Source of the DNA: Candidatus Scatomorpha intestinavium
GTDB taxonomy: Bacteria; Bacillota; Clostridia; Oscillospirales; Oscillospiraceae
Reading direction: 5' to 3'
NCBI GenBank assembly: GCA_018712985.1
Contig: DVGA01000048.1
Span: 2,576-66,575, forward strand
Length of the DNA stretch: 64,000 nucleotides
Program-made: the position numbers and the translations under genes
In this document: piece after piece, positions 18,932 through 27,617 of the stretch
How positions within the stretch are numbered: position 1 is the first letter of the stretch
Layout: every line of letters begins with the position of its first letter
The notes under the pieces: model-generated
The model's database searches: none
The model's input: the letters and a program-made list of their open reading frames with translations, nothing else
Told to the model about the DNA's origin: nothing

Positions 18932-20359
18932 TTGGACAACGAAAACAGGAAATCCTTTGGTGAGTTCATCGCCGGGCGCCGGCGCGCGCTGGGAATGACC
19001 CAGCGCGAATTCGCCGACCGGCTGTTCGTCACCGGCTCCGCCGTCAGCAAATGGGAGCGCGGCGCGAGCTACCCCGATATAACCCTCATCCGCGACATAT
19101 GCGAGATCCTCGGCGTGAGCGAGCACGAGCTGCTCACCGCCAGCGAGGACGTGGAGGCCAGAAGCGCCGAAAAGCTCGCCGCGCGCTACAGACGCATGGC
19201 GCGCAACTACAAGATAGCGCAGTACGTGCTCTACGGCGGCGCTGCGGCGGCGTTCGTCATCAGCGACCTCGCCTCCGGCGGCGGCCTGAGCTGGTCGCTC
19301 ATCGCCATCGCCTCGCTGCTGATCGCCGCAAGCCTCACGCTGCTGCCCGCGCTCGCGCCCGAGCGCATGGGCGGCGTCTGGGCGGCGGGCGGATTCACCC
19401 TCTCGCTCATCATGCTCTACGGCGTCATCTGCCTTGTGAACGGCGGCAGATGGTTCGCCGCGGCGGCGTGCTATACGCTGATGCCCCTCTCGCTGCTGTT
19501 GCTGCCGTATGTGCTGCGACGGATCCCGCTGCCGGGCTGCCTCAGCTCGCGCAAGGGGCTGCTGTATATCGGTGTGAACACGCTTTTGCTGCTCGTGCTT
19601 CTTTTGGAGGAGTGCCTGCGCACAGGCGGGGACTGGTTTGTGCCCGCCGCGCTGTGGGTGCTGTTCGGGCTGTGGCTCGTGCTCGGGCCCTACGTGCTGC
19701 GCCGCGTTCCGCTGCCGGAGAAGCTGAAGGGGCGCAAAACCCTGCTCTATTTCGGCGTATCTGCCGCGCTGCTTCTGCTTTCGCTCGGCGTAATGTGCCT
19801 CCGGGCCGGGCAGGACTGGTTCCTCACCGCCGCGCTCGGCGTGCTCCTCGGCACGGCCGCCGTGCTGCTGCCCTTTGTTATGCGCCAGGTCCCGCTGCCG
19901 AAGGAGCTGGAGCGCCACCGCGCGTTCGTATACCTCGCCGTGGTCACCGTGCTGCTCTCAGCGCTCATAGCCTCCTGCCGGCCGCGCTACCTCTGGGCGG
20001 AGGCGTATCCGCTCACCGCGGTCGGGCTGCTCTATCCGTGGCTGATGCTCGTCTGCCTGCGCTATATCCCGCTCAGCCGCTGTTTGCGCGCCTCCGCCGC
20101 CTGCGCCGTCACGGCGCTCTATATCTGGCTCGCCCCCTGGGCGGTCGACGGCATCATAACCGCCAACGGCTGGGTCTCGACCGCGCCGTACGACCCGCTC
20201 CGGCCGTATTACGTCGATTTTTCCGACTGGGTGAGCGCCCCGGCCCTCGGCGGGAACATCATGGTCACCATAATGCTCGCGCTCGCCCTCGCGGCCATAA
20301 TACTCGCCGCCCTCGGAGTCAAAAACCGCGCCCGGGACAAAACTCCCCCCGAGGGCTGA
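18932..20359 (+). CDS. XRE-family HTH protein fused to a polytopic, repeat-built membrane domain
   Basis: The HTH is FGEFIAGRRRALGMTQREFADRLFVTGSAVSKWERG, followed by about 10 TM helices. The likely start is TTG 18932, 9 nt after GGGAGG; the track ORF starts at 18875. Confidence 0.75.
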   Translation: MDNENRKSFGEFIAGRRRALGMTQREFADRLFVTGSAVSKWERGASYPDITLIRDICEILGVSEHELLTASEDVEARSAEKLAARYRRMARNYKIAQYVLYGGAAAAFVISDLASGGGLSWSLIAIASLLIAASLTLLPALAPERMGGVWAAGGFTLSLIMLYGVICLVNGGRWFAAAACYTLMPLSLLLLPYVLRRIPLPGCLSSRKGLLYIGVNTLLLLVLLLEECLRTGGDWFVPAALWVLFGLWLVLGPYVLRRVPLPEKLKGRKTLLYFGVSAALLLLSLGVMCLRAGQDWFLTAALGVLLGTAAVLLPFVMRQVPLPKELERHRAFVYLAVVTVLLSALIASCRPRYLWAEAYPLTAVGLLYPWLMLVCLRYIPLSRCLRASAACAVTALYIWLAPWAVDGIITANGWVSTAPYDPLRPYYVDFSDWVSAPALGGNIMVTIMLALALAAIILAALGVKNRARDKTPPEG

Positions 20360-20360
20360 G

Positions 20361-20640
20361 AAATATGCGCGCAGCCCGCTTCGCCAGACCCGCTCTCGCG
20401 AAGCGAGCTATGCCCGCGGACGCAGTCCGCCCGCCGCGGTTCTGCGCAAAACTTAATACGCACAGCACATTCCGACAGAGGCACCCGCGGACGCGGTCCG
20501 CCACCCCCTCTTTGGGGATATAGCCTAATATGCACAGCTCACTTCCGTGGACGCACCCGCGCGAAGCGCGGCTATGCCAGCGGACGCAGTCCGCCGCGCG
20601 GAGCGCGCTATGCCGGCGGGCGCTGCCCGCCAGCGGTGTG
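20361..20640. repeat. array of three composite AT-box/GC-hairpin repeat units
   Basis: AT boxes start at 20361, 20453 and 20525. The hairpins are GCGGAC-GCN-GTCCGC (20416-20430, 20487-20501, 20580-20594) and GGCGGGC-GCT-GCCCGCC (20615-20631). Confidence 0.8.
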
Positions 20641-20700
20641 TTGGGGGCACCACCTCACGCCGCTATATAAAACTTCAATGCTGAGAAAGGAGAGGTATTA

Positions 20701-21510
20701 ATGAAAACAGCATTGACGATCGCCGGAAGCGATTCCAGCGGAGGTGCCGGGATACAGGCCGACATCAAGACTATGACGGCCCATGGGGTGTACGCAATGA
20801 GCGCGATAACGGCGCTCACGGCGCAGAACACCACCGGCGTGACAGACATCCTCGAGTCCACCCCCGAGTTCCTTGCCGAGCAGCTCGACTGCGTGTTCAC
20901 GGACATCTTCCCGGACGCGGTAAAGACCGGCATGGTCTCGAGCACGGCCCTGATCGAGGTGATAGCCTCCAAGCTGAAGCAGTACGGCGCGAAAAACATC
21001 GTGGTAGACCCCGTCATGGTCGCCACCTCCGGCGCGCGGCTGATAAGCGAGGGGGCCGTCGGCGCGCTGTGCGAGCATCTGCTCCCGCTCGCCACCGTGC
21101 TCACGCCGAATATCCCCGAGGCCGAGCTGCTCTCCGGCATGGAGATACCGGACGCCGCCGGCATGGAGCGCGCCGCCCGGGCCATCTCCGAGCGCTACGG
21201 CTGCGCCGTGCTCTGCAAGGGCGGGCACCAGATAAACGACGCGGACGACCTGCTGTATTCCGGCGGCGAGCTGCGCTGGTTCCGCGGCAAACGCATAGCC
21301 ACCGCGAATACCCACGGCACCGGCTGCACCCTCTCGAGCGCCATCGCCTCCGAGCTCGCCAAGGGCCTCGGCCTTGAGAGCGCCGTCGAGCGCGCGAAGG
21401 CATATATCTCCGGCGCGCTGGGCGCGATGCTCGACCTCGGGCACGGCTCCGGCCCCATGGACCACATGTTCGATTTGAAGAGCGAGTTCATAGGGGGTGC
21501 GGGCGCATGA
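20701..21510 (+). CDS. thiD: hydroxymethylpyrimidine/phosphomethylpyrimidine kinase
   Basis: Begins ALTIAGSDSSGGAGIQADIKT and has full-length ThiD similarity. Confidence 0.95.
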   Translation: MKTALTIAGSDSSGGAGIQADIKTMTAHGVYAMSAITALTAQNTTGVTDILESTPEFLAEQLDCVFTDIFPDAVKTGMVSSTALIEVIASKLKQYGAKNIVVDPVMVATSGARLISEGAVGALCEHLLPLATVLTPNIPEAELLSGMEIPDAAGMERAARAISERYGCAVLCKGGHQINDADDLLYSGGELRWFRGKRIATANTHGTGCTLSSAIASELAKGLGLESAVERAKAYISGALGAMLDLGHGSGPMDHMFDLKSEFIGGAGA

Positions 21511-22685
21511 AAAAGACATCAACCTTCCAGAACAGCCTGATCTGGTTCGGCGCGGCCGTCTCCCTCGCGGAGATACTCACCGGCACCTCCTTCGCGCCCC
21601 TCGGCATGGCCAGGGGCATAGCTGCCATCGTGCTCGGCCACATCATCGGCGGGGTCCTGTTCTTCTTCGCCGGGCTGATAGGCGGCCGCACCGGCCGCAG
21701 CTCCATGGAGACCACCAAGATGAGCTTCGGCCAGAAGGGCGGGCTGCTTTTCGCGTTCCTGAACGTGCTGCAGCTCGTGGGCTGGACCGCCATAATGATA
21801 TACGACGGCGCCCTCGCCATCGACGGCATATTCTCCGGCTCGCACTGGGTCTGGTGCGCCGTCATCGGCGGCTTGATAGTCGTGTGGATACTCGTGGGCG
21901 TCACGAACCTCGGCTGGATAAACAAGATATCCATGGCCGCGCTGCTTGTGCTCACCGTCGTGCTCTGCTACGTCATCTTCTTCGGCCGCTCGGCGGGCGA
22001 GGCCGCCTCGGACGGCTCGCTCACCTTCGGCGCGGCCGTGGAGCTCGCGGTGGCGATGCCGCTCTCCTGGCTCCCGCTCATAAGTGACTACACGCGCGAG
22101 GCCGAAAAGCCCTTCGCCGCCACCATGGCCAGCACCGTCACCTACAGCCTCGTGAGCTGCTGGATGTACATCATCGGCATGGGCGCGGCCATCTACACCG
22201 GCGAGAGCGACATCGCACAGATCATGATGAAGGCCGGCCTCGGCATCGCCGCGCTCATCATCCTCGTGCTCAGCACAGTTACCACCACGTTCCTCGACGC
22301 CTGGAGCGCCGGCATCTCCTGCGAGTCCCTCTCGAAAAAGCTCGCGGGACACGGCAAGTGGGTGGCCGTGATCGTCACCCTCGTCGGCATCGTCGCGTCC
22401 ATCCTCTTCCCGATGGACGACATCACCGGCTTCCTCTATCTCATCGGCAGCGTTTTCGCGCCCATGATAGCCATACTCATCACGGACTTCTTCATACTGA
22501 AAAAGGACAGCTTTTCCCAGTCCTTCAACTGGCTGAACCTCGCCGTCTGGCTCGTGGGCTTCGTCATCTACCGCTGCCTCATGACGGTGGATATAATAGT
22601 CGGCTACACGCTTGTGGACATGCTCGCCACCATGCTGCTGTGCCTGATAGCCAACGCGGCGCAAAAGCGCCTCGCAAAAAAATAA
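21507..22685 (+). CDS. cytX: putative hydroxymethylpyrimidine transporter CytX (NCS1 family)
   Basis: 392-aa permease with about 12 TM helices. Its start overlaps the thiD stop by 4 nt, the typical thiD-cytX pairing. Confidence 0.75.
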   Translation: MKKTSTFQNSLIWFGAAVSLAEILTGTSFAPLGMARGIAAIVLGHIIGGVLFFFAGLIGGRTGRSSMETTKMSFGQKGGLLFAFLNVLQLVGWTAIMIYDGALAIDGIFSGSHWVWCAVIGGLIVVWILVGVTNLGWINKISMAALLVLTVVLCYVIFFGRSAGEAASDGSLTFGAAVELAVAMPLSWLPLISDYTREAEKPFAATMASTVTYSLVSCWMYIIGMGAAIYTGESDIAQIMMKAGLGIAALIILVLSTVTTTFLDAWSAGISCESLSKKLAGHGKWVAVIVTLVGIVASILFPMDDITGFLYLIGSVFAPMIAILITDFFILKKDSFSQSFNWLNLAVWLVGFVIYRCLMTVDIIVGYTLVDMLATMLLCLIANAAQKRLAKK

Positions 22686-22695
22686 GCAAAAACGC

Positions 22696-22730
22696 AAAAA
22701 TCGCAGCCGGCGTACCGGTTGCGATTTTTC
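22696..22730 (+). terminator. terminator after cytX (bidirectional-looking)
   Basis: AAAAATCGCAGCCGG-CGTA-CCGGTTGCGATTTTT. Confidence 0.75.
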
Positions 22731-22764
22731 GTTTGTGGGAACTTCCCTGAGCCGCACTCCTCGT

Positions 22765-22826
22765 CGCGAAGCTGCGCTGTGCCTCCAGGCGCAGCCTGGC
22801 GCTCTGCCAGCGGGCGCTGCCCGCTC
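22765..22826 (+). repeat. GC 'word' repeats (GCGAAGC..GCGCTGTGCCTCCAGGCGCAGCCTGG plus the AGCGGGC-GCT-GCCCGCT hairpin)
   Basis: Near-identical words occur at 46386-46420 (+) and 46096-46130 (-). The second hairpin resembles 20615-20631 and overlaps the murC stop codon. Confidence 0.7.
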
Positions 22827-24195
22827 AGCCGTTCACGAGGTGCTCGCCTATTTTATATACGTCCCCCGCGCCGACCGTGAGTATGATGTCGCCCGCCCGT
22901 GCGTTGGCGCGCAGGTCGCGCTCGATGGACGCAAAGTCGGGGTAAAAGCGGCTGCCCTCGATGTGCTTTGCGAGGTCCGCCGAGGATATGCCAAGGGTGT
23001 TCGTCTCCCTGGCGGCGTAGATCTCCGCGAGGTAGGTCACGTCCGGCCGGCGGAGCTGCTCTATGAAATCGTCGAAGAGCGCCGCCGTGCGCGTGTAGGT
23101 GTGCGGCTGGAAAACCAGCACCGTGCGGTTGTAGCCGAGGGCCTCCACCGCATCGAGCAGGGCCTTTAGCTCCTGCGGGTGGTGCGCGTAGTCGTCATAC
23201 ACGTCCGCGCCGTTGAATTTGCCCTTGAACTCGAAACGGCGCCCCGCCCCGTTGAAGCCCGCGAGGCCGTATTTCACCGCGTTCGGCCTGACGCCGAGGC
23301 AGAGGCAGGCCGCGGTGGCGGCGAGGGCATTTTTCACGTTGTGCATCCCCGGCACATGCAGCGTCACACTCGTGAAGAGCCGGCCGTGGCAGTATATGTC
23401 GAAGGTGCTCGACGCCCCGGAGCGCCTTATGTTGCGCGCATAGACGTCGGCGCGGTCGGTAAGGCCGAAGGTGACGATGTCGCGCCCGAGAGGCTCGAGG
23501 GTATCCATGGTGTTGCGGTCATCGAGGTTTGCCACGATCTTGCCCGTCGGCGGCACCTTGGCCGCGAAGGCCCGGAAAGAGCGCTTCACGTCCTCAAGGC
23601 CGGAAAAATAGTCGAGGTGGTCGGCGTCCACGTCCAGTATCACGGCCACCGTGGGGTGGAATGCGAGGAAGGAGTCGTGATACTCGCAGCTTTCAAGTAT
23701 TATCGTGTCCCCGCCGCCCACGCGGTGCCCCGCGTGCAGCAGCGGCAGCGTGCCGCCTATCATAACGGTCGGGTCCCGCTCTGCGGCCATGAGTATGTGA
23801 GTGCACATGCTGGTGGTGGTCGTCTTGCCGTGGGTCCCGGCTATGCAGAGCGCGTTGTCATAGTCGCGCATTATCGCGCCCCAGGCCTCCGCCCGCTCGA
23901 AAACCGGCACGCCGCGCGCCCGCGCCTCCACGATCTCCGGGTTCGTGTCCCCCACGGCGGCGGTGCGGATGACAAACTGTATGTCCGGCGCGACGTTCAT
24001 CGCGGAGTGGCCTATCTTTACGTCTATCCCCAGCTCGCGCAGGTGCTGGGTCTTTTCGCTCTCGGACATGTCCGAGCCGTCTATGACGAGGCCCATGCCG
24101 GCGAGCACCTCGGCCAGCGGCGCCATCGAGACGCCTCCGACCCCCACAAGGTGCCCGCGCTTGCCGGGCTTCAGATATTCTTCAAAATCTGCCAT
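22825..24195 (-). CDS. murC: UDP-N-acetylmuramate--L-alanine ligase
   Basis: Contains GVGGVSMAPLAE and the GTHGKTTTTSM P-loop. Start is at MADFEEY behind AGGTGA. Confidence 0.95.
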   Translation of the reverse strand: MADFEEYLKPGKRGHLVGVGGVSMAPLAEVLAGMGLVIDGSDMSESEKTQHLRELGIDVKIGHSAMNVAPDIQFVIRTAAVGDTNPEIVEARARGVPVFERAEAWGAIMRDYDNALCIAGTHGKTTTTSMCTHILMAAERDPTVMIGGTLPLLHAGHRVGGGDTIILESCEYHDSFLAFHPTVAVILDVDADHLDYFSGLEDVKRSFRAFAAKVPPTGKIVANLDDRNTMDTLEPLGRDIVTFGLTDRADVYARNIRRSGASSTFDIYCHGRLFTSVTLHVPGMHNVKNALAATAACLCLGVRPNAVKYGLAGFNGAGRRFEFKGKFNGADVYDDYAHHPQELKALLDAVEALGYNRTVLVFQPHTYTRTAALFDDFIEQLRRPDVTYLAEIYAARETNTLGISSADLAKHIEGSRFYPDFASIERDLRANARAGDIILTVGAGDVYKIGEHLVNG

Positions 24196-24226
24196 AGTTT
24201 CACCTGAATACAGCGTTTTTGCGCTC

Positions 24227-24255
24227 TTGCGGATTTGGCTCCGGCGCATTATAAT
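24227..24255 (+). promoter_or_regulatory. sigma-A-type promoter upstream of cca
   Basis: TTGCGG, 17 nt, TATAAT. A second CGCATTATAATA box lies 31 nt downstream at 24276-24287. Confidence 0.45.
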
Positions 24256-24268
24256 AGCTTAGTCGCAT

Positions 24269-25474
24269 TTGCTCTCGCATTATAATACATTATTGCGCAC
24301 ATTACAAGAAATAAAACGGGGGAGGCGCGTTTTCCTGCCGCCTGAGTATGCCATAAAAGTGCTGAATAAGCTCCGCGGCGCGGGATACGGGGCGTATTTC
24401 GTGGGCGGCTGCGTGCGCGACACCGTCCTCGGCCGCCGCGTCCACGACTGGGACGCCGCCACCTCCGCCCCGCCGGAGGTTGTGCTGGGCCTCTTCAAAC
24501 GGACGGCGCCCACCGGGCTGCGCCACGGCACGGTCACCGTCCTCGTCTCCGGCCGGGCCGTGGAGGTCACGACCTACCGCGCCGAGGGCGCATACAGCGA
24601 CCACCGCCGGCCGGACAGCGTGGAATTCACCGGCGACCTCGCGCTCGACCTCTCCCGCCGCGACTTCACCATGAACGCCATGGCCATGGGCCCGGAGGGG
24701 GACATCACCGACCCTTTCGGCGGCAGGGAGGACATCGCCCGGCGGCTGATACGCTGCGTGGGCGACGGCGAGCGCCGCTTCTCGGAGGACGCGCTGCGGA
24801 TGCTCCGCGCCCTGCGCTTTTCGGCGCAGCTCGGCTTCGCCATAGAGCCGGGGACTTACGCGGCCATCGAGCGCCTTGCGCCCACGGCCTCCGCCCTCTC
24901 GGCGGAGCGGGTGAGGGACGAATTTTTGAAGGCTCTCGCCTCCCCGCGTCCGGAGGCGGCCAACGGCATGCTCGCGCTGGGCCTTATGGCGCGCTTCGCC
25001 CGGGCGGAGGGTCCGCCCCCCGCGCTCTCCTCCCTGCCGGCGTACGCCCGCCTCGCCCGCCTCTGCTTCGAGCTCGAGAGGCGCGGCTCCATCGCCTCCA
25101 CCGCTGAATTCCTGACGGCGCTGCGCCTTCCCCGCGCCGCGGTGCGCGAGTGTTCTGCCGCCGCTGCCGTCCTGAGCTCCGGCAGCAGGGACTACAAGCG
25201 CCTGCTCAGGGACTACGGCGAGCGCGCCGTCCTCGCCGCCCATCCCCGCAGCCGCGCCCTCCGGCGCGTGCTGCGCAGCGGGGAGTGCTTCTCGCTCTCC
25301 GGCCTCGCCGTGAGCGGGGACAAGCTCCGCGCCCTCGGATTGAAGGGCCGGGAGGTGGGCGAGGCGCTGGACGCGGCGCTGGAGCACGTCATAGATTTCC
25401 CGGAGGACAACCGGGCAGACATTTTATGCGATTTCATCATCGGGAAGAGGGATAAAAATGGCAAAGACGCTTGA
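24269..25474 (+). CDS. cca: CCA-adding tRNA nucleotidyltransferase
   Basis: Contains GAYFVGGCVRD, DWD and RRDFTMNA motifs. The start is uncertain: TTG at 24269 or 24293, and no canonical start follows the strong GGGGGAGG at 24316. Confidence 0.85.
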   Translation: MLSHYNTLLRTLQEIKRGRRVFLPPEYAIKVLNKLRGAGYGAYFVGGCVRDTVLGRRVHDWDAATSAPPEVVLGLFKRTAPTGLRHGTVTVLVSGRAVEVTTYRAEGAYSDHRRPDSVEFTGDLALDLSRRDFTMNAMAMGPEGDITDPFGGREDIARRLIRCVGDGERRFSEDALRMLRALRFSAQLGFAIEPGTYAAIERLAPTASALSAERVRDEFLKALASPRPEAANGMLALGLMARFARAEGPPPALSSLPAYARLARLCFELERRGSIASTAEFLTALRLPRAAVRECSAAAAVLSSGSRDYKRLLRDYGERAVLAAHPRSRALRRVLRSGECFSLSGLAVSGDKLRALGLKGREVGEALDAALEHVIDFPEDNRADILCDFIIGKRDKNGKDA

Positions 25475-26027
25475 AGCCCTGCGCGCGGAGTGCCTTGAGT
25501 GCCGCCGCTGCGGGCTGTGCGAGACCCGTCACAACGTGGTTTTCGGCGCCGGGCCGGACGACGCCGAGGTAATGTTCATCGGCGAGGGCCCCGGCGAGCA
25601 GGAGGACCTGCAGGGCGCGCCCTTTGTGGGCCGCGCCGGCAAGTTCCTGGACGACATGCTCGAGCTCATCGATTTGGACCGCTCGCGCGTCTACATCGGC
25701 AACATGGTCAAGTGCCGCCCGCCGCGCAACCGCGACCCGCTGGACATCGAGCAGAAGGCCTGCTCGATCTGGCTCCAGGGGCAGCTTGAGATAATAAATC
25801 CCAAGCTCATCGTCTGCCTCGGCCGCATCGCGGCCATGCGCTTCATCCGCGAGGATTTCAAGATAACGCGCGAGCACGGCCAGTGGTTCGATATGGACGG
25901 CAGGCGCGTCATGGCGCTCTACCACCCCGCCGCGCTGCTGCGCGACCCCGGCAAGCGGCCGGAGACCTTCGACGACCTGAAGAAGCTCCAGGCCGAGATC
26001 CGGCTGCGCTGTACGCACACTTACTGA
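25458..26027 (+). CDS. uracil-DNA glycosylase, family 4
   Basis: Contains CRRCGLC Fe-S ligands, GEGPGEQED, and HPAALLR. Confidence 0.9.
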   Translation: MAKTLEALRAECLECRRCGLCETRHNVVFGAGPDDAEVMFIGEGPGEQEDLQGAPFVGRAGKFLDDMLELIDLDRSRVYIGNMVKCRPPRNRDPLDIEQKACSIWLQGQLEIINPKLIVCLGRIAAMRFIREDFKITREHGQWFDMDGRRVMALYHPAALLRDPGKRPETFDDLKKLQAEIRLRCTHTY

Positions 26028-26053
26028 AAGCAAAGGAAAGGCTGTTTTATTCT

Positions 26054-26956
26054 ATGATCGATTTCCGCCGCGTGACAATCGCGGACAAGCAGTGGGTCGA
26101 CGGCTTTGTAAAGGCCGAGGACTCGCGCTCCGCCGACTTCAATTTCGGCAACATCTACATGTGGGACGGGGCCTATCACCAGCTCATCTCCAGCGTGGGC
26201 GGCCGCATGATAACCAAGCTCCGCTGGGCGAGGCAGCCCTTTTTCGCCTTCCCAATCGGCTCCGGCCCGCTCGAGCCGGCCCTCGACGCGCTCACCGAAT
26301 TCGCTGCGCAGCGGGGCTACCCCCTCGCCATCCGCGGCATCACGGAGGAGCACCGCGCGCTGCTCGAGCAGTGCTGCCCCGGCCGCTTCGTGTTCACGCC
26401 GGACCGGGACAACTTCGACTACCTCTACCTCGCCGAGAAGCTCTCCACCATGGGCGGGAAAAAGCTCCACGGCAAGCGGAATTTCTGCAACCGCTTTGAA
26501 AAAAGCCACTCGTGGGAGTTCCGCCGCCTCACGCGCGACCTCATCCCCACCTGCATGGAGATGCTCGGCAAGTGGCAGGACGAGTTCGAGGTCCCGCCGG
26601 AGGGACTTGACGAGGAGCACGGCGCCATCATCCGCGCCTTCATGCGCTATGACGCCCTCGGGCTCGAGGGCGGCGTCCTGTTTGCGGAGGGGCAGGCCGT
26701 CGGCTTCACAATAGGCGAGGTCATCTCGTCGGACACCTTTGACGTGCACTTTGAAAAGGCCTTCGCCTCCATCCCCGGGGCGTATCCCATGGTCAGCCGC
26801 GAGTTCACCCGGCAGATACTCTCCGACCACCCCAACATCGTCTATCTCAACCGCGAGGACGACATGGGGCAGGCGAACCTCCGCGAGGCCAAGCTCGAGT
26901 TCGCGCCGGAAATGCTGCTTGCCAAGTACACGGCGCTGGAGGCCTGCGATGCCTGA
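26054..26956 (+). CDS. DUF2156 (lysyl-PG synthase C-terminal-like) domain protein
   Basis: 300 aa from ATG 26054 (MIDFRRVTIADKQWVDGF..NFGNIYMWD..KLHGKRNFCNRF). Confidence 0.65.
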   Translation: MIDFRRVTIADKQWVDGFVKAEDSRSADFNFGNIYMWDGAYHQLISSVGGRMITKLRWARQPFFAFPIGSGPLEPALDALTEFAAQRGYPLAIRGITEEHRALLEQCCPGRFVFTPDRDNFDYLYLAEKLSTMGGKKLHGKRNFCNRFEKSHSWEFRRLTRDLIPTCMEMLGKWQDEFEVPPEGLDEEHGAIIRAFMRYDALGLEGGVLFAEGQAVGFTIGEVISSDTFDVHFEKAFASIPGAYPMVSREFTRQILSDHPNIVYLNREDDMGQANLREAKLEFAPEMLLAKYTALEACDA

Positions 26957-27500
26957 CACACGCCTCTCCCGCGCCGGGGACAAAGGCGCGCTCACGGAGC
27001 TCTGGCAGGCCGTGTTCGGGGACAATGCGGAGCTCATTTCCGCGTTTTTCAGCCTGCTCTGCCGGCCGGAATACTGCCGCATTGCCTGCGCGGGCGGGAA
27101 GATAGCCTCCATGGGCTTCTGCCTGCCCGGGCCGGAGGCCATGGGGCTCAAATGCGCATACATCTACGCCATGGCCACCGCGGAGGACGCGCGCGGCCGC
27201 GGCCTTGCCGCCGCGGTGGGCTCCGCCCTGATTGAGGACGCCTTTTCCCGCGGCACGGACATTGTCGCCACGCTCCCGGCGGACGAGGGGCTCTGCGCGT
27301 GGTACGAAACGCGCTTCGGCATGTCGCCCCTCTTCAAAAAGGGCGGCCCGGGCGTCGTTTTCCCCGATAACTGGCTCGAATTTGCCCGCATCTGCGGCGG
27401 GCATGACCCGGACACGCCGCAGCGGCTCTACGCCGTCGCGCGCGGAGGGATAGACACCGCGGGGCTCGAAGATCTCGGCTGGGAGCTCACCTTCGACTAA
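26949..27500 (+). CDS. GNAT-family acetyltransferase
   Basis: 183 aa from ATG 26949, which overlaps the upstream stop (ATGCCTGA). Has an acetyl-CoA-pocket-like motif, ARGRGLAAAV. Confidence 0.65.
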   Translation: MPDTRLSRAGDKGALTELWQAVFGDNAELISAFFSLLCRPEYCRIACAGGKIASMGFCLPGPEAMGLKCAYIYAMATAEDARGRGLAAAVGSALIEDAFSRGTDIVATLPADEGLCAWYETRFGMSPLFKKGGPGVVFPDNWLEFARICGGHDPDTPQRLYAVARGGIDTAGLEDLGWELTFD

Positions 27501-27509
27501 CCGGCCGGG

Positions 27510-27535
27510 CAGACTGCGTCTGCGGGCATAGCGCG
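27510..27535 (-). repeat. GCTATGCC-hairpin word repeat (inverted copy)
   Basis: The minus strand reads CGCGCTATGCCCGCAGACGCAGTCTG; compare 20398-20431 and 20561-20595. Confidence 0.6.
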
Positions 27536-27586
27536 GCCGTCGGCCGCGGGGCAATATTATAAGGGCACAGGCCCTTATAAAGCAAT

Positions 27587-27613
27587 TGCAGGGGCGAAAG
27601 CCCCTGCATTTTT
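27587..27613 (+). terminator. terminator after the GNAT gene
   Basis: TGCAGGGGC-GAAA-GCCCCTGCA followed by TTTTT. A second hairpin, TATAAGGGC-ACAG-GCCCTTATA, precedes it. Confidence 0.75.
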
Positions 27614-27617
27614 CGTC

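Noticed and set aside
19051-20523. A 490-aa plus-strand ORF overlapping the HTH-membrane gene in another frame and running into the repeat array.
   Set aside because: It has an Arg/Pro/Ala-rich composition and no SD. The alternative frame encodes a clear HTH plus TM helices. The 3' part simply translates the GC repeats.
20361-20640. Whether the repeat array might be a CRISPR array.
   Set aside because: The units are 70-115 bp, unequal in length and internally heterogeneous. The repeated parts are not uniform 25-40-nt direct repeats with unique spacers, and there are no cas genes.
20641-20700. GGGGCACC..GCTGAGAAAGG just upstream of thiD as a third TPP riboswitch.
   Set aside because: Only the GCUGAGA-like hexamer is present and it overlaps the SD. 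There is no ACCUGAU..GCC..CGUAGGGA half and no room before the ATG.
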